Positions 41,901 through 55,386 of a stretch of DNA of 64,000 nucleotides are shown in pieces. A program made the position numbers and the translations under genes. Position 1 is the first letter of the stretch, and each line of letters opens with the position of its first letter. The stretch covers positions 303,428,001 through 303,492,000 of the forward strand of contig OZ024743.1 of the NCBI GenBank assembly GCA_964016885.1. The letters are read 5' to 3'. The DNA is from Eledone cirrhosa (taxonomy: Eukaryota). The notes beneath the pieces are model-generated. The model was not told where the DNA came from and did not search any database. It saw only the letters and a program-made list of their open reading frames with translations.

Positions 41901-43097
41901 AATTTCGTTCCTTATTAGAGGATGAAAATCTGGGGGAGAGAACTCCTACAGAGTTTTTACGACGTATGATGCTGCGCCCGAAGACAGTTTCTTCGTAAAA
42001 AAGTTATTCTTCTCCCGTTTGCCAATGTGCAAACCATATTGGCGAATACGGTTGACACCAGTTCGATAGAACAATTTGCTGCCTCTGCAGAGAGAATTAT
42101 GGAATTTTCTAGAGAACCTACCTCGGCTGATTCGGTCATTGCCTCTTCTGCTTTCAAAAGCCAGCCTGCTTCACCTCGTGAGGACTCAAAGTTGAGAGCC
42201 ATTGACGCGTGAACTAGGCAAGTAGCTAAACTATGTAAGGATCGAACGCCATCTAGGTGGCGTTTACGAAGTCGGTCTTCTTCCTTTCACCGTCGCGCCA
42301 ACCTCCCCGCCAACAACTCGTCTTTGTGTTGGTATCACATGCGATTTCGTGAAAAGGCGAAACATTGTATTCAGCCCTGCTCTTTTGGGGCATCGGAAAA
42401 ACTAAGTTTGGAGAGTATGAACACAGCAGACCTCTCCTTAACAATTCACCTTATCGTGCTGTCTTCATCAGAGACCGAGTTTCAAACAAATCATTTATGG
42501 TGGACACAGAATCTAGTTGCAGTATTTGGCCCTTACTGTTCAACTATACCAAGCCAACTCTTTCCAGCATTTGCTTGTATGCAGTAAACCAGTCTCCTAT
42601 AAAAACCTATGGACAAATATCTTTATCATTGTACGTAGCTTTGCGTCGAGTTTTCAAATGGATTTTTGTCATTGCCGACCTACCTCATCCTATTCTCGGT
42701 GCGGATTTCATACAGCACTATTCACTTTTGGTAAATGTCGGGAACCAGAAACTTATGGATTGTACCACATCCTTATCTACATATGTGGTAAACAAATGTG
42801 CCTCGTGGTATGACAAAGTATAATCCTGAATTATAAGATAGTACCACATCCTTATTTACATATGTGGTAAACAAATGTGCCTCGTGGCATGACAAGGTAT
42901 AATCCTGAATTATAAGGTATTGTTGAAAAAGGTTAGCATGCTTGCGCTCGATGTGACCATTTTGAGAGGTGCCGCCAAAACGAGAGTGAGTGAGCAAGAG
43001 AGGTCGAGTGACGTCAGAACACTCCCTTATATACTAGTCACGGGGAAATTACTCCATTTATTTTTTTACCCCGGGCATGGTGGCGCTAGTCGCTACA
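38945..43097 (-). mobile_element. Gypsy/Ty3 LTR retrotransposon, rearranged and defective
   Basis: LTRs at 38945-39199 (TGTAG...CTACA) and about 42858-43097; PPT next to the left LTR. RT DYRRFNAIT...FSKIDL...MPFGLRNA...YVDDL (40719-41225 -); integrase HSLSHPG...C..C, HMDI, MVERFHRQLK, GPF (39646-40600 -); gag and protease (FMVDT...ILGADF) on the + strand at 41700-42780. Confidence 0.92.
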
Positions 43098-43627
43098 GCT
43101 TCGTTAAATTAACAATATTCTGAAAACATTCTCAACGTTGAAAATGTTTGAATCCACAAAGTATTCTAATCTCACAACTTGAAAATAAAATGTTCATCAT
43201 CCTTCGTAACTCATATTTGTTTATATAAACAATCAATGCATACACAACTTATTAATATATATAGAGATACTTATATACATATAACCTATCCTAATGTAAT
43301 AAGATAAAAATACTTACAATTCTTCATATAATTTTATAACTCATAATATAGGTAACAAAAATCTTTTTCCCGCAAATTAACGTTATTCTGTTCTTTTTCT
43401 CCTCCTTCCTTATCATAAATATTTAAATTTTCCATAGCGTCTAAAATAACGTTTTTACAGCCCTTTAATGTACACATGACTTGCATACTCATATTAATTT
43501 TAAATATCTCACTTTTCTTCTCTCTTCCCTTCACTTTCCAGGGATAACTTGGTGAACCGTTAAGGTATATATTATCCTTGGTCATGTCAAATATTTATAA
43601 AACATTTTGTATTTTATCTGATTTTAT

Positions 43628-43686
43628 CTATTATATATATTTCAATGGTACCAAAATTGTTGGTACCATTGAAATATATATAATAG
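43628..43686. repeat. Near-perfect palindrome
   Basis: CTATTATATATATTTCAATGGTACCAA-AATTG-TTGGTACCATTGAAATATATATAATAG. Confidence 0.85.
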
Positions 43687-43734
43687 AATAAATATGGTTT
43701 TATAAATATAGTTTCCATTTATTTAATATCATTG

Positions 43735-43796
<62 letters not shown>

Positions 43797-43829
43797 CGAA
43801 AAGGCTTCCATAGGACTAGAACTGTTGGT

Positions 43830-45100
43830 AGCTACTTAACAGGAGATACGTACCTCTATATCGTAGATTTCGTAGGCATTAATATGACCTTCGCTCACAT
43901 TCCTTCAGCCCCATCCATAAGCTAAACGAAAAACTTAATTACATACACAACGGCTCATGCCACCCTCCGATTGTTTTTAGAAACTTCGTAAATAATATCA
44001 GTACTAGAATGTCTAACCTCTCCTCTAATAAGGCTATCTTTGATAGAGTGGCACCCTACTATAACACGGCGTTAGCTAACAGCGGCTTATCACAACAATT
44101 ATTTACTCGCCCCGTTAACAACAACAGCAATAAGAAAAGAATTCATAACAATAGACAAACTATCTTGTTCGTTGCTCTCGTCTTAGTCAATGTTAAAACT
44201 AATATAGGAAAAATATGTTTAGCCTTCTTAGATAGACACTTTCGCACAGGTCACAAATACCGCTCCATCTTTAACAGACACAGAGCAAAACTAAGGTACT
44301 CCTCAGCTAAGAATATGAACACCCGTATCACCAACAGTCCTAAGAGCGGCACACCGCCAGAATGCACTTGCCGAAAGCCTGAAGCTTGTCCCTTTTCAAC
44401 GGCAATACAACACACTCGCTGTAGTTTATGAAGCTGTGGTCACTTCCAACCACAGGAGGTCAAATCCTATGTGGGTATGGCGGAGGCCCGATTTAAGGAA
44501 CGCTTCCTGAACCCTCAATGACTTTTAGGTACCCGGACAAACGATCATCCAGAAGCTCGCGAGTCACGGGTGGTCCATCAAAGACTCAGGTATAGAGTAC
44601 GCCATTCAATTGCAAGCAATCACTAAGTCCAAGCCATACGCAAGGGGCATTCCGTCTCCTGGACTGTATTGAAGAAAGAATAAATATTCTAAGGAGATTA
44701 CGCAATAGCGATTGCCTAAATTCAAGAAATGAAATCTTCTCACTGTGTCCACATTTCCTGAAACACCTCTTGCATAACTACAAAGCTCCTGATAGAATAA
44801 CAACAACATTCTAATTTTCTAATGAACTCGAACATCTTTTCCGGGTTTTCGCAGTTATCTCCCTTACACCTTTCAACCGTGGGTTTCTATCGCTTGGGTG
44901 AAGTGACCGTTTCTGCGCATGCGCGTTCATACAGTTGTTCTTCCAGTTCCGTTTAACCATGACCAGTCGGAGCTGAAGATCCTCTAACGTGAAACAAGCT
45001 TTCTCGGTATGGTGAACTAAATCTTGTGTTACTATTTCGTCCTAACTCATCCCTTGGACTGAGTGCTCTACCACTACATATATTACCTGCCCGTATTTTA
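43830..45100 (+). mobile_element. Penelope-like (Hydra-type) 3' fragment with pLTR
   Basis: ORF 44009-44431 (LSSNKAIFDRVAPYYNTALANSG...VKTNIGK...FNR...YS...CTCRKPEACP), then YVGMAEARFKER; hammerhead-like CTGAAGA...GAAA at 44973-44994. Confidence 0.85.
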
Positions 45101-45239
45101 TCTCTCTCTATATATATATATATACACACACACATATATATTTACATATATATTTACATATATATATATATATACACACAAGTACACACACATAGAACAT
45201 ATATACACGCACGTATATATATATATATACACATAGAGG

Positions 45240-45965
45240 AATAATTCAAGTGCGTTATACATGTGGATAAAGCAGATAGGTAAGAGGTTCTGACATAACA
45301 ATAGTAGCGTGAGGTCGGTCGACATGGAGGTAGAGGGGATATTTTGTCGAGTGGTTTTTTATTGTTTATTTTCTAACCATCTGGCTTTTAACACTGACTT
45401 AAGATATTTGTAAGTTGCCAGGCTTTTCTGCATGCAATTCGGGCAGTGTTCAGAGTGTTTGTACAGTGTCGGGCCCTTGGCAAATAGTTTTTCGTAGCTC
45501 TCTGAAATAAAAGGTCACAACACTTGTGTCCTCCCATGTATGAGCGCGCATTCTGGTGTAATTTCCATTTGAGCGTGAATGGGGTGGTATTCCTCTTGAG
45601 AGCCCATACATAGGAGGCGAGAGTTGTCTGATTGGATTTGTCCGGTGTTCTGAAAGAGTGAGTATGGGCATACCACCGAGTCTTAAATTTGTTGGAAGTC
45701 ATTCCGATACGCCTTTTTGTCACCAGTGCCTGGCATGACATCACATTTATATACGATGTCAATTGTCAGGCATTTGTTTTCAAGTGCGGATGTTTCCTTA
45801 TTTTGGCAGTTGCACAAATCTCCAGTCCGGGGGATAGTTTTGGAGGTAGTAGGCTTAGTTAATTGTGTAGCTATATTCCTAGCTAGGTTAGGTGTAGTGG
45901 AGTACGAGAGACTTATTGTATTCTTATTAAAGATAGTGTAGTACCTAGGTTGTGTGGGTAAGTGT
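45240..45965 (-). mobile_element. Penelope-like (Hydra-type) GIY-YIG fragment
   Basis: IGMTSNKFKTRWYAHTHSF...TTLASYVW.LK...CDL (ORF 45388-45762). Confidence 0.85.
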
Positions 45966-45968
45966 ATT

Positions 45969-46004
<36 letters not shown>

Positions 46005-46168
46005 GGATAACAAAGAATCCTTAAAGGTAACCCGATAAGAGTCTATGAAAACTACTTATTATGAACAATTTAAGCGTACGGTGCTGTGTGACTCAACAAT
46101 AAGTTTACGCTGGTAACGATTTTATGATTTCTCTTGTATTCCTATGTAAATATATCTTGGAGTAATAC

Positions 46169-46268
46169 AAAAGTGAAGAATAACATGGTTCACAGCACAA
46201 ACAAGGAATTTATTTACAGTCTGTAAATAAATGTCCTTGTTTGTACTGTAGGAACACGTTATTCTTCA

Positions 46269-46273
<5 letters not shown>
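46169..46273. repeat. ~105-bp imperfect palindrome
   Basis: AAAAGTGAAGAATAAC...ATTTATTTACAG T CTGTAAATAAAT...GTTATTCTTCACTTTT. Confidence 0.8.
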
Positions 46274-46335
<62 letters not shown>

Positions 46336-46376
46336 AAATGAAAATTCGAAGGCAAGGTAAAATTCCAATCATATAA

Positions 46377-46450
46377 TCACGACACATGTTTCAATAAGAG
46401 ATGGATCGATTGTAAAGCCATGATCGATTATCATTCATCTCATCAGGTGA
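46377..46450 (-). ncRNA. Type I hammerhead with extended stem II (mutated twin at 52259-52332 +)
   Basis: TCAC-CTGATGA-[47 nt]-GAAA-CATGTG-TC-GTGA; perfect 4-bp stem I, ACATGT palindrome, GUC site. Confidence 0.7.
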
Positions 46451-48053
46451 AAATAAATTATCTTCAAAATATTGATATGAGGGAGAAAAAACGATGTTCT
46501 CTCACAGAATTCATTCCCTCATATGAAGACACACCAGTCAGAGACACGGCGACTGCTATTAACTTCAGTTGAGGTCATAAAAGTTTTCAGATTTCTATTG
46601 CTGCAAAAGACGATGAACATCAATCAAATCTGTAGGGATACAGTCAGTCACAGTTAAAGTGAGTGGGTACACACACATTCCACACCCACATACACCGGCT
46701 CGAGGTCAAAGAAAAAAATATATACATATATATACACACATCAACACAGTATTAAACCTGTAGAATTAGTGTGGGTGGGTACACACACACTCTCACACAC
46801 ACCGAAGTGATGTCCGAGAATAAACAAATATAAGAAAACAAATATAATAAGACAAATATAAGAATGTACCAACACAGCACTCACGGAAAGTTAGTTCACA
46901 AAACAACTGAAGCTATATTTGTCAAATCTCAATTTGACGATGTAATTTGGAAATATTGGGTTAACGAAGGCCCCCCCCCCCACAATCACACACAAGCAAG
47001 TGAGTTCAGTTCAGTGTTCTGCTATACGTGTATAGATTGAATTGTAACATCCATATCTTCAAGTGTATGTTATGATATATACACATCCGAACACAAAGGG
47101 TGAAGTAAAAAAACACAGGATAGTAAAATCCAAAGGATGTGTGTAGGCCCATTAATGGTGTGTCAGTTTATTGTTCAATCTGTAACAGTGAGTCCTCCAT
47201 GGTTAGATGATCACGGATCAAAACTTGGTGTAGTGTTCAGTCGGTAGGAACGTGACAGTCGTAATTGTGGGAGCTCAATGTCTAACGGAAACGGGTACTG
47301 TGTGTAGAGTTATGTATAGAGACCGTAATCGGTCCTAACCAAGTGTGTAAAACGACTAGCTATATCCCAACTGAGAGAACTCAATGCTTAGGGTATCTTA
47401 AAGTAAAGGTAGGTGCGCGTAATCGGTCATGTCTGACTGTGCAATCAATTACTAACTAGGTATACTAAGTGTGTAATCAATCTAACTATTTACTAGCTAG
47501 GTATTCTAAAAAAGTGCACTCAGCTGTGAGAACTCCGTGGAAACAGGCCGAGTATCGTTTGTAAGTGCGCAAACAATCTTAACCCTCTAACTACCTGAGT
47601 GTGTGACTGTCTGTTTATTGAGACAACTATATGGCTAAAGTAGAGAGAGAGGAGTTAGTGGTAGGTTACCTTCCAAAAATGTTGCGGAAGGTTTTTGAAG
47701 TTCTGTGTTGGCAGTTGCTGAAAAATTCTGCTCTCCTATTAATTAATAGGGGGCCGCATCTAATAGTATTAAAAGTTTCAGCTATACATAAATTAGTGCT
47801 GTCGTTATAAGGTTGGGCTGAGCAAACTATGGACCAGGATAAATAATGCACTATATTCTGATGTTTAAGCTTCCAGACTAATTCAGAAAGTGACGTGCTA
47901 TTTTTTTTTATCTAATCTATTAAAAGCGTGGAGAACTTAATATTGCTAACATAAAGTTATTGGACCATTTTACACAACCAATAATGCACCTTACTATATA
48001 ACAACTTAAAGCTCCTAATTTTGTTAAGAACTTAATGCTGTTAAGCAAGGAAT

Positions 48054-50790
48054 ATGATGGAGAAATTCTCGGTGAACTCTTCACTTAAAGACATCCCTTT
48101 GCCCAACATAAAAGAATTCACAGGGTTGGCCATAGGTAAATCGGATTCATTTGTCCATAGAATGCGTTGGAAGGCCTTCCACAGAGGAACACCAACAAAC
48201 CACCCCAGGGAAGGAACGCGCACCATCGAGGAAATATTCAAATCCAGAAGAAATCCACCACACAATAAATACTGGGCAGAATTTGAGACTGAAATTTCTA
48301 AGATAGTGTCCTACCTTAAGTTTAGGAAAAACCCACTGAGGAGAAAAAGCTACCTAAGACGACTGAATGGTGATCTAGTAAAATTAAAGAACTCGACCGG
48401 CATTTTGGTGCACACAGACAAGAATAACAACCTGTACGATATGGATAGAGTAACTTATGACGATTTGATAACTAGAGAACTTAGGAAAAGCTACAGAAAA
48501 ACTACACGGTCCAACCTGGATTTAATTAAGACGGAGGCCAATAGCATCATGACTTAACTGGGTATTGAGGATAAAACCGAACCCTTCCATTCTAGAACTC
48601 CGAGGATTTTGCTGAAAGACCACAATTTGGACTTTGAATCATCAAGACCTGTCAGGCTGATAGCCCCTTCGAAGTCGGACATAGGAATCGTAAGTAAAAA
48701 CATCCTTAATAAAATAATCCCCACTCTAGTTAGGAGATCGAAGCTCAAGTTGTGGTCAGGAAGTAGTGAGGTAGTTAACTGGTTTGAAAAATCGTAGAAT
48801 AAGAATAGCACTAAGTTTATACAGTTCGATATCTCTAATTACTACTCTTCAATCTCTCCAACTCTTCTAGGTAGGGCCCTTAACTTTGCTAACTTACACA
48901 CCGACCTTACATCCGAAGAAATTAGCATTATTTTCTTAGCTAGGAAAAGCTTAATTGAATTCAACGGTGACATGTGGACCAGGAAGGATTGGCCAGACAA
49001 TTTCGACATCACCATGGGATCCACGGATTCGGCCCAGGTGACGGATCTGGTGAGCCTTTACCTCCTTGACTGTCTCGGAGAGGAAATGCCCCACTTGGGA
49101 GGTGGCGCTACCGTGACGACGTTTTGTTTACTGTGTCGTTCCATAATAAGAGTATGGTAGAGAGGGTGAGGAAAACACTTAGCAAATTCTTCAAAAGCAT
49201 AGACGTAAGTATAGTATTTGAAGAGAACTTAAAGATAGTTAATTTTCTAGATGTTACACTTACCCTCAATTCAGGACTCTTCCAACCCTACCACAAACCC
49301 AACAAGAATCTAAACTATGTCAACGCAAAATCGAACCACCCTAGAAGAGTCACTAACGGTATTACCAAAAGCGTCTCTAGTAGAATTTCAGGACTATCTT
49401 CCAATGAAGATACCTTTAATAAGATCTCGAATAGCGCCCTGGAACGCGCGGGGCATAGCGAGGGAATCTCATTCAAACGTCCATTAAATAGTAGAAGCAA
49501 CATTGCCTGCGATAGCTTAGGCCTAAATAGTGACATTCTAGTTAACAGCAGGCGTGATACGAGGGAGGATTTATTGCCGCCTAGTCCCAATGCTGTTGGT
49601 ACCAATAGAAACAACCACCCAGGTAGTAACACGAGGTCTGAGCAACGTAACGCCAGCGGAAACTCTAATCGTAACCTTAATTATGGAACCGATAAAACTA
49701 CCGTTGAACGCAGTATGGAACGAGGATCGAGTAAGGGGAATAAGGACAGGTGTAGCAGACGCATAGTGGATACAACCCCGGCTATCGAGGGTAATCCCAA
49801 TGGCCGCATGTAGGGGGGGGGTACACCGGCCTGGAGACTTGGGATGATTCCGAACACAATCGTGACACCCAAGGACACCATCGACCCACAGGCAATTTCC
49901 AGTTACAATAGAACAGTAACTACTAGAGAGACAGGTAATTCTAATATAGTTAGTAAGAACAAGAGGCATTGTACCAGAAAAGTCCTGTGGTATAATCCCC
50001 CTTACTCCACTGGCCTGACCACTAGCATAGCTAAGCTTTTCTTGAGGGCCTTAGACAAATGCTTCCCTACATCGCACAGATATCATAAAATATTCAATAG
50101 AAATACCATCACGTTGTCCTACCCCAAACTAGTAACATAGCTCAGAATATAGCTAAGATGATTATAGTAGACTTAGGACAGCCCATGAGGGAATTAGGCA
50201 TGGCAGGAACAATGGCAGCTCTATTGAGGAACTGACTCATACACGTGAGGCGAGTCGGGTCTGCCCAACCCCAGGGAATTTACACATAGAGCTGACAGTA
50301 ACTGGGACCCGACCCCAAAGGTACCGTTGTCCATCTGGAACTACACAGGTCGATAGCAAAAAATGTAACTGCAGAAGCACTGCCACATGCCCATGGCTAG
50401 GAAATGCCTTACCAAAAACATAGTCTACGACTGTAAGTTCTCCATCCTAATAAATCCTTTAGGTATGCTGGTGCAACTGCCACGGAATTTAAGGATAGAT
50501 GGTTTAATCACCGCCATACCTTTAATAGATTAGATAAAAAAATAGTACGGCACTTTCTGAATTAGTCTGGAAGCTTAAACATCAGAATATAGAGCACTCT
50601 TTATCTTGGTCCATAGTTTGCTCAGCCCAACCTTATAGCGCAGCACTGGTGTCTGCAATTTATGTATAGCTGAAACTTTTAATATTATTAAAGCCCCCCC
50701 CCCCCCCTATTAATTAATAGGAGAGCAGAATTTTTCAGCAACTCCCAACACAGAACTTAAAAAACCTTCCGCAGGATTTTTGGAAGGTAA
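48054..50790 (+). pseudogene. PLE reverse transcriptase-GIY-YIG polyprotein, disrupted
   Basis: SLKDIPLP...FVHRMRWKAF; TDKNNNLY; LKDH...RLIAPSKSDIG; FIQFDISNYYSSI; FDITMGS; YRDD; NFLDV; YHKPN; SNHP; WYNPPYS; CNCR...C; YAGATATEFKDRWFNH. Several stops and frameshifts. Confidence 0.92.
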
Positions 50791-52523
50791 CCTACCACTA
50801 ACTCCTCTCTCTCTACTTTAGTCATATAGTTCTCTCAATAAAGAGACAGGCACACGCTCAGCTATTTAGACGGCTAAGATTGTTTGCGCACTTACAATCG
50901 ATACTCGGCCTGTTTCCACGGAGTTCTCACAGCTGAGTGCATTTTTTTTAGAATACCTAGCTAGTAAATAGTTAGATTGATTACACACTTAGTATACCTA
51001 GTTAGCAATTGATTGCTCACTCACACATGACCGATTATGCGCACCTACATTTACTTTAATATACCCTAACCATTGAGTTATCTCAGTTGGGATATAGCTA
51101 GTCGTTTTACACACTTGGTTAGGACAGCTTACGCTCTCTATACATTACTCTACACGCAGTACCCGTTTCCTTTAGACATTGAGCTCCCACAATTACGACT
51201 GTCACGTTCCTATCGACTGAACACTACACCAGGTTTTGATCCGTGATCATCTAACCATGGAAGACTCACTTTTACAGATTGAACAATAATACTGACACAA
51301 CATTAATGGGCCTACACACATCCTTTGGATTTTACTATCCTGTGTTTTTTTTTTACTTCACCTTTTGTGTTGGATAACACACATCCACCACTCAAACAAC
51401 TAACTTAAAAGCTCAGCCCATATGACGGGAAATCGCACTACGGACGCATTTATCCTATACCCAACCCTACACGGAGCCTTTTGCTGGCCTTAATTGCGGT
51501 TGCTTGTTTGCACGCAGGGATTTGGTGACTCGGATTCTCAATGGGACAGAGGTACATACTGAGTTCGATATGAGGTGATTGCTTGCTCTTCACATGGATG
51601 TGTATTTACCCCGACATAGCCATTTTTTGTACGATTCGGGTGTGTATATACCATAACATACACTTGAAGATATGGATGTTACAATTCAATCTATACACGT
51701 ATAGCAGAACACTGAACTGAACTTACTTGCTTGTGTGTTGGGGGGGGGGGGCGTTGTTTAACCCAATATTTCCAATTTACATCGTCAAATTGAGATTTGA
51801 CCAATATAGCTTCAGTTGTTTTGTGAACTAACTTTCCGTGAGTGCTGTGTTGGTACATTCTTATATTTGTTTTCTTATATTTGTTTATTCTCGGACATCA
51901 CTTCGGTGTGTGTGAGAGTGTGTGTGTACCCACCCACACTAACTCAACAGGTTTAATACTGTGTTGATATGTGGATATATATGTATATATTTTTTTCTTT
52001 GACCTCGTGCCGGTGTATGTTAGTATGGAATGTGTGTGTACCCACTCACATTAACTGAGACTGACTGTATCCCTACAGATTTGATTGATGTCTAGCGCCT
52101 TTTGCAGCGATAGAAATCTGAAGACTGTTATGACCTCAACTGAAGTTAATAGCAGTCGCCGTGTCTCTGACTGGTGTGTCTTCATATGAGGGAATGCATT
52201 CTGTGAGAGAACATCGTTTTTTCCTCCATCATATCAAGACTTTGAAGACAATTCATTTTCACCGGATGAGATCAGTGATAATCGAACATGGCTTCACAAT
52301 CGATCTATCTCTTATTGAAATATGTGTCGTGTTTAAATGATTGGAATTTTACCTTGCCTTCGGATTTCCATTTGATTCTTATACTCCGTTTTACATCATC
52401 TAGCTCTTCCCTTGAATGGAATTGGAGATATACAAGAGCGTGGAGAATTTAATATTGCTAACATAAAGTTATTGGACCATTTTACATTACCAATAATGCA
52501 CCTTACTATATAAAAACTATATA

Positions 52524-53435
<912 letters not shown>

Positions 53436-53502
53436 GAAATGTGTGTATACATACACACACGCATATATATTTATGTGTGTGTGTATATAGATATATATAT
53501 AC

Positions 53503-53709
53503 ATCAAGAAAGAATAGTGACATGGTTCGCTATAGAATAGGGGCTGTATTCACTTTCCTGACAATTGTTTCTCTGAACTGGTAGGTCAAGAGATCGCTAC
53601 CCACCTGATTTTTCGTCAATCGACCACCAATACTTTGTTATAACCAGTCTATTCATCTCAGTATGCGACAAGCGTTGTCTAGCAAACCATGTCACTCTTC
53701 TTTCTTGAT
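53503..53709. mobile_element. ~205-bp element with ~30-bp terminal inverted repeats (MITE or inverted pLTR scrap)
   Basis: ATCAAGAAAGAATAGTGACATGGTT ... AACCATGTCACTCTTCTTTCTTGAT. Confidence 0.55.
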
Positions 53710-53880
53710 TTATTATTACTCCAAAGTATAAACTACGTATACATCAGCGGTGCTCGCAGCATCACTATGGAAACGTCTTATTGAGTCAAACTTAGCCAAG
53801 AGTTAATACTATCCATAACTCGGAGTACTCTAACAGGACTACATCTAAGTGGTCTACCTATAACGATAATTTGTTATCCC

Positions 53881-53959
<79 letters not shown>

Positions 53960-54019
53960 CATATATATATACATATATATATATGTGTACACATATATAT
54001 ATATATATATATATATGTC

Positions 54020-54056
<37 letters not shown>

Positions 54057-54062
54057 GTATAC

Positions 54063-54227
<165 letters not shown>

Positions 54228-54229
54228 CA

Positions 54230-54265
<36 letters not shown>

Positions 54266-54267
54266 TA

Positions 54268-54414
54268 TATGAAAAATATGAGGAGAAGAATACTGCATGG
54301 TTGCAGTGAGTGAGTGAGTGTAAGTGCGAGGAAGAGGTCAGTAGAGAGAAAGTGTTAACTGACATGACAGAGGGGACTCAAGAAAGTAAGAGAAACAGAG
54401 AGAACGAGGGAGCA

Positions 54415-54486
<72 letters not shown>

Positions 54487-55310
54487 CGCAGTTTAGGTAA
54501 ATATATGTGAAAAATATGGGGAGAAGAATACTGCATGGTTGCACATGGATACCATGTTATAAAATGAGTCCCTCATCAGTGATTTGCCAACGGTCATTGG
54601 TATTTCATTGCATTAAAATCATATACCTCACGTTGGTGAAATAATAACTAAAATAAGTTATTAGGACAATTAAAACGCGTAAAGCGAGTGAGACAAGTAA
54701 ACAACACATGGGAAAGCTAACCGAAGATAGGAAGAAACACAAGCTACATAGTTAATCTATCAGTATAAGCTGGGTGAATATATGAGCGAGTAAGAAATAG
54801 ACCTTTCGCGATCAATCCGATGTAAGAAAGAAGGAAATCGTTTTCGTAGCGAACGGGGGGAAGTGAGAAGGGGAGAAACAGTGAGTGAGTGAGTGGAAGT
54901 GCGAGGAAGAGGTCAGTAGAGAGAAAGTGTTAACTGACATGACAGAGGGGACGAAAGAAAGTAAGAGAAACAGAGCGAATGAGGTTGCAGTAAGAGTGAG
55001 AAAAACAGAATCGCAGTTTAGGTAAATATATGTGAAAAATATGGGGAGAAGAATACTGCATGGTTGCACATGGATAACATGTTATAAAATGAGTCCCTCA
55101 TCAGTGATTTGTCAACGGTCATTTGTATTTCATTGCATTAAAAATCATATACCTCAAATTGGTGCAATAATAACTAAAATCAGTTATTAGGACAATTAAA
55201 ACGCGTAAAGCGACGGAGATAAGTAAACAACACAGGGGAAAGCTAACCGAAGATAGGAAGAAACACAAGCTACATAGTTATTCTATCAGTATAAGCTGGG
55301 TGAATACATA
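54268..55310 (-). repeat. Tandem dimer of a ~530-bp unit between (TA)n tracts
   Basis: AAAATATG.GGAGAAGAATACTGCATGGTTGCA at 54272, 54510 and 55036; internal (GA)n expansion in one copy. Confidence 0.9.
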
Positions 55311-55386
55311 TATATATATGTGTGAATACATATATATATATATATATATATATGCGTGAATACATATATATATATATGTATATATA

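Larger units (their letters stand above)
46333..52519 (+). mobile_element. Near full-length Hydra-type Penelope-like element with 1.6-kb inverted upstream pLTR and direct terminal repeat
   Basis: 46333-47924 is an inverted copy of 50520-52376; direct repeat 47925-48007 matches 52437-52519. Confidence 0.92.

Noticed and set aside
48054-50790. Selenocysteine or programmed recoding of the PLE ORF
   Set aside because: The interruptions I could place are TAA/TAG stops and indels at scattered sites, consistent with neutral decay.
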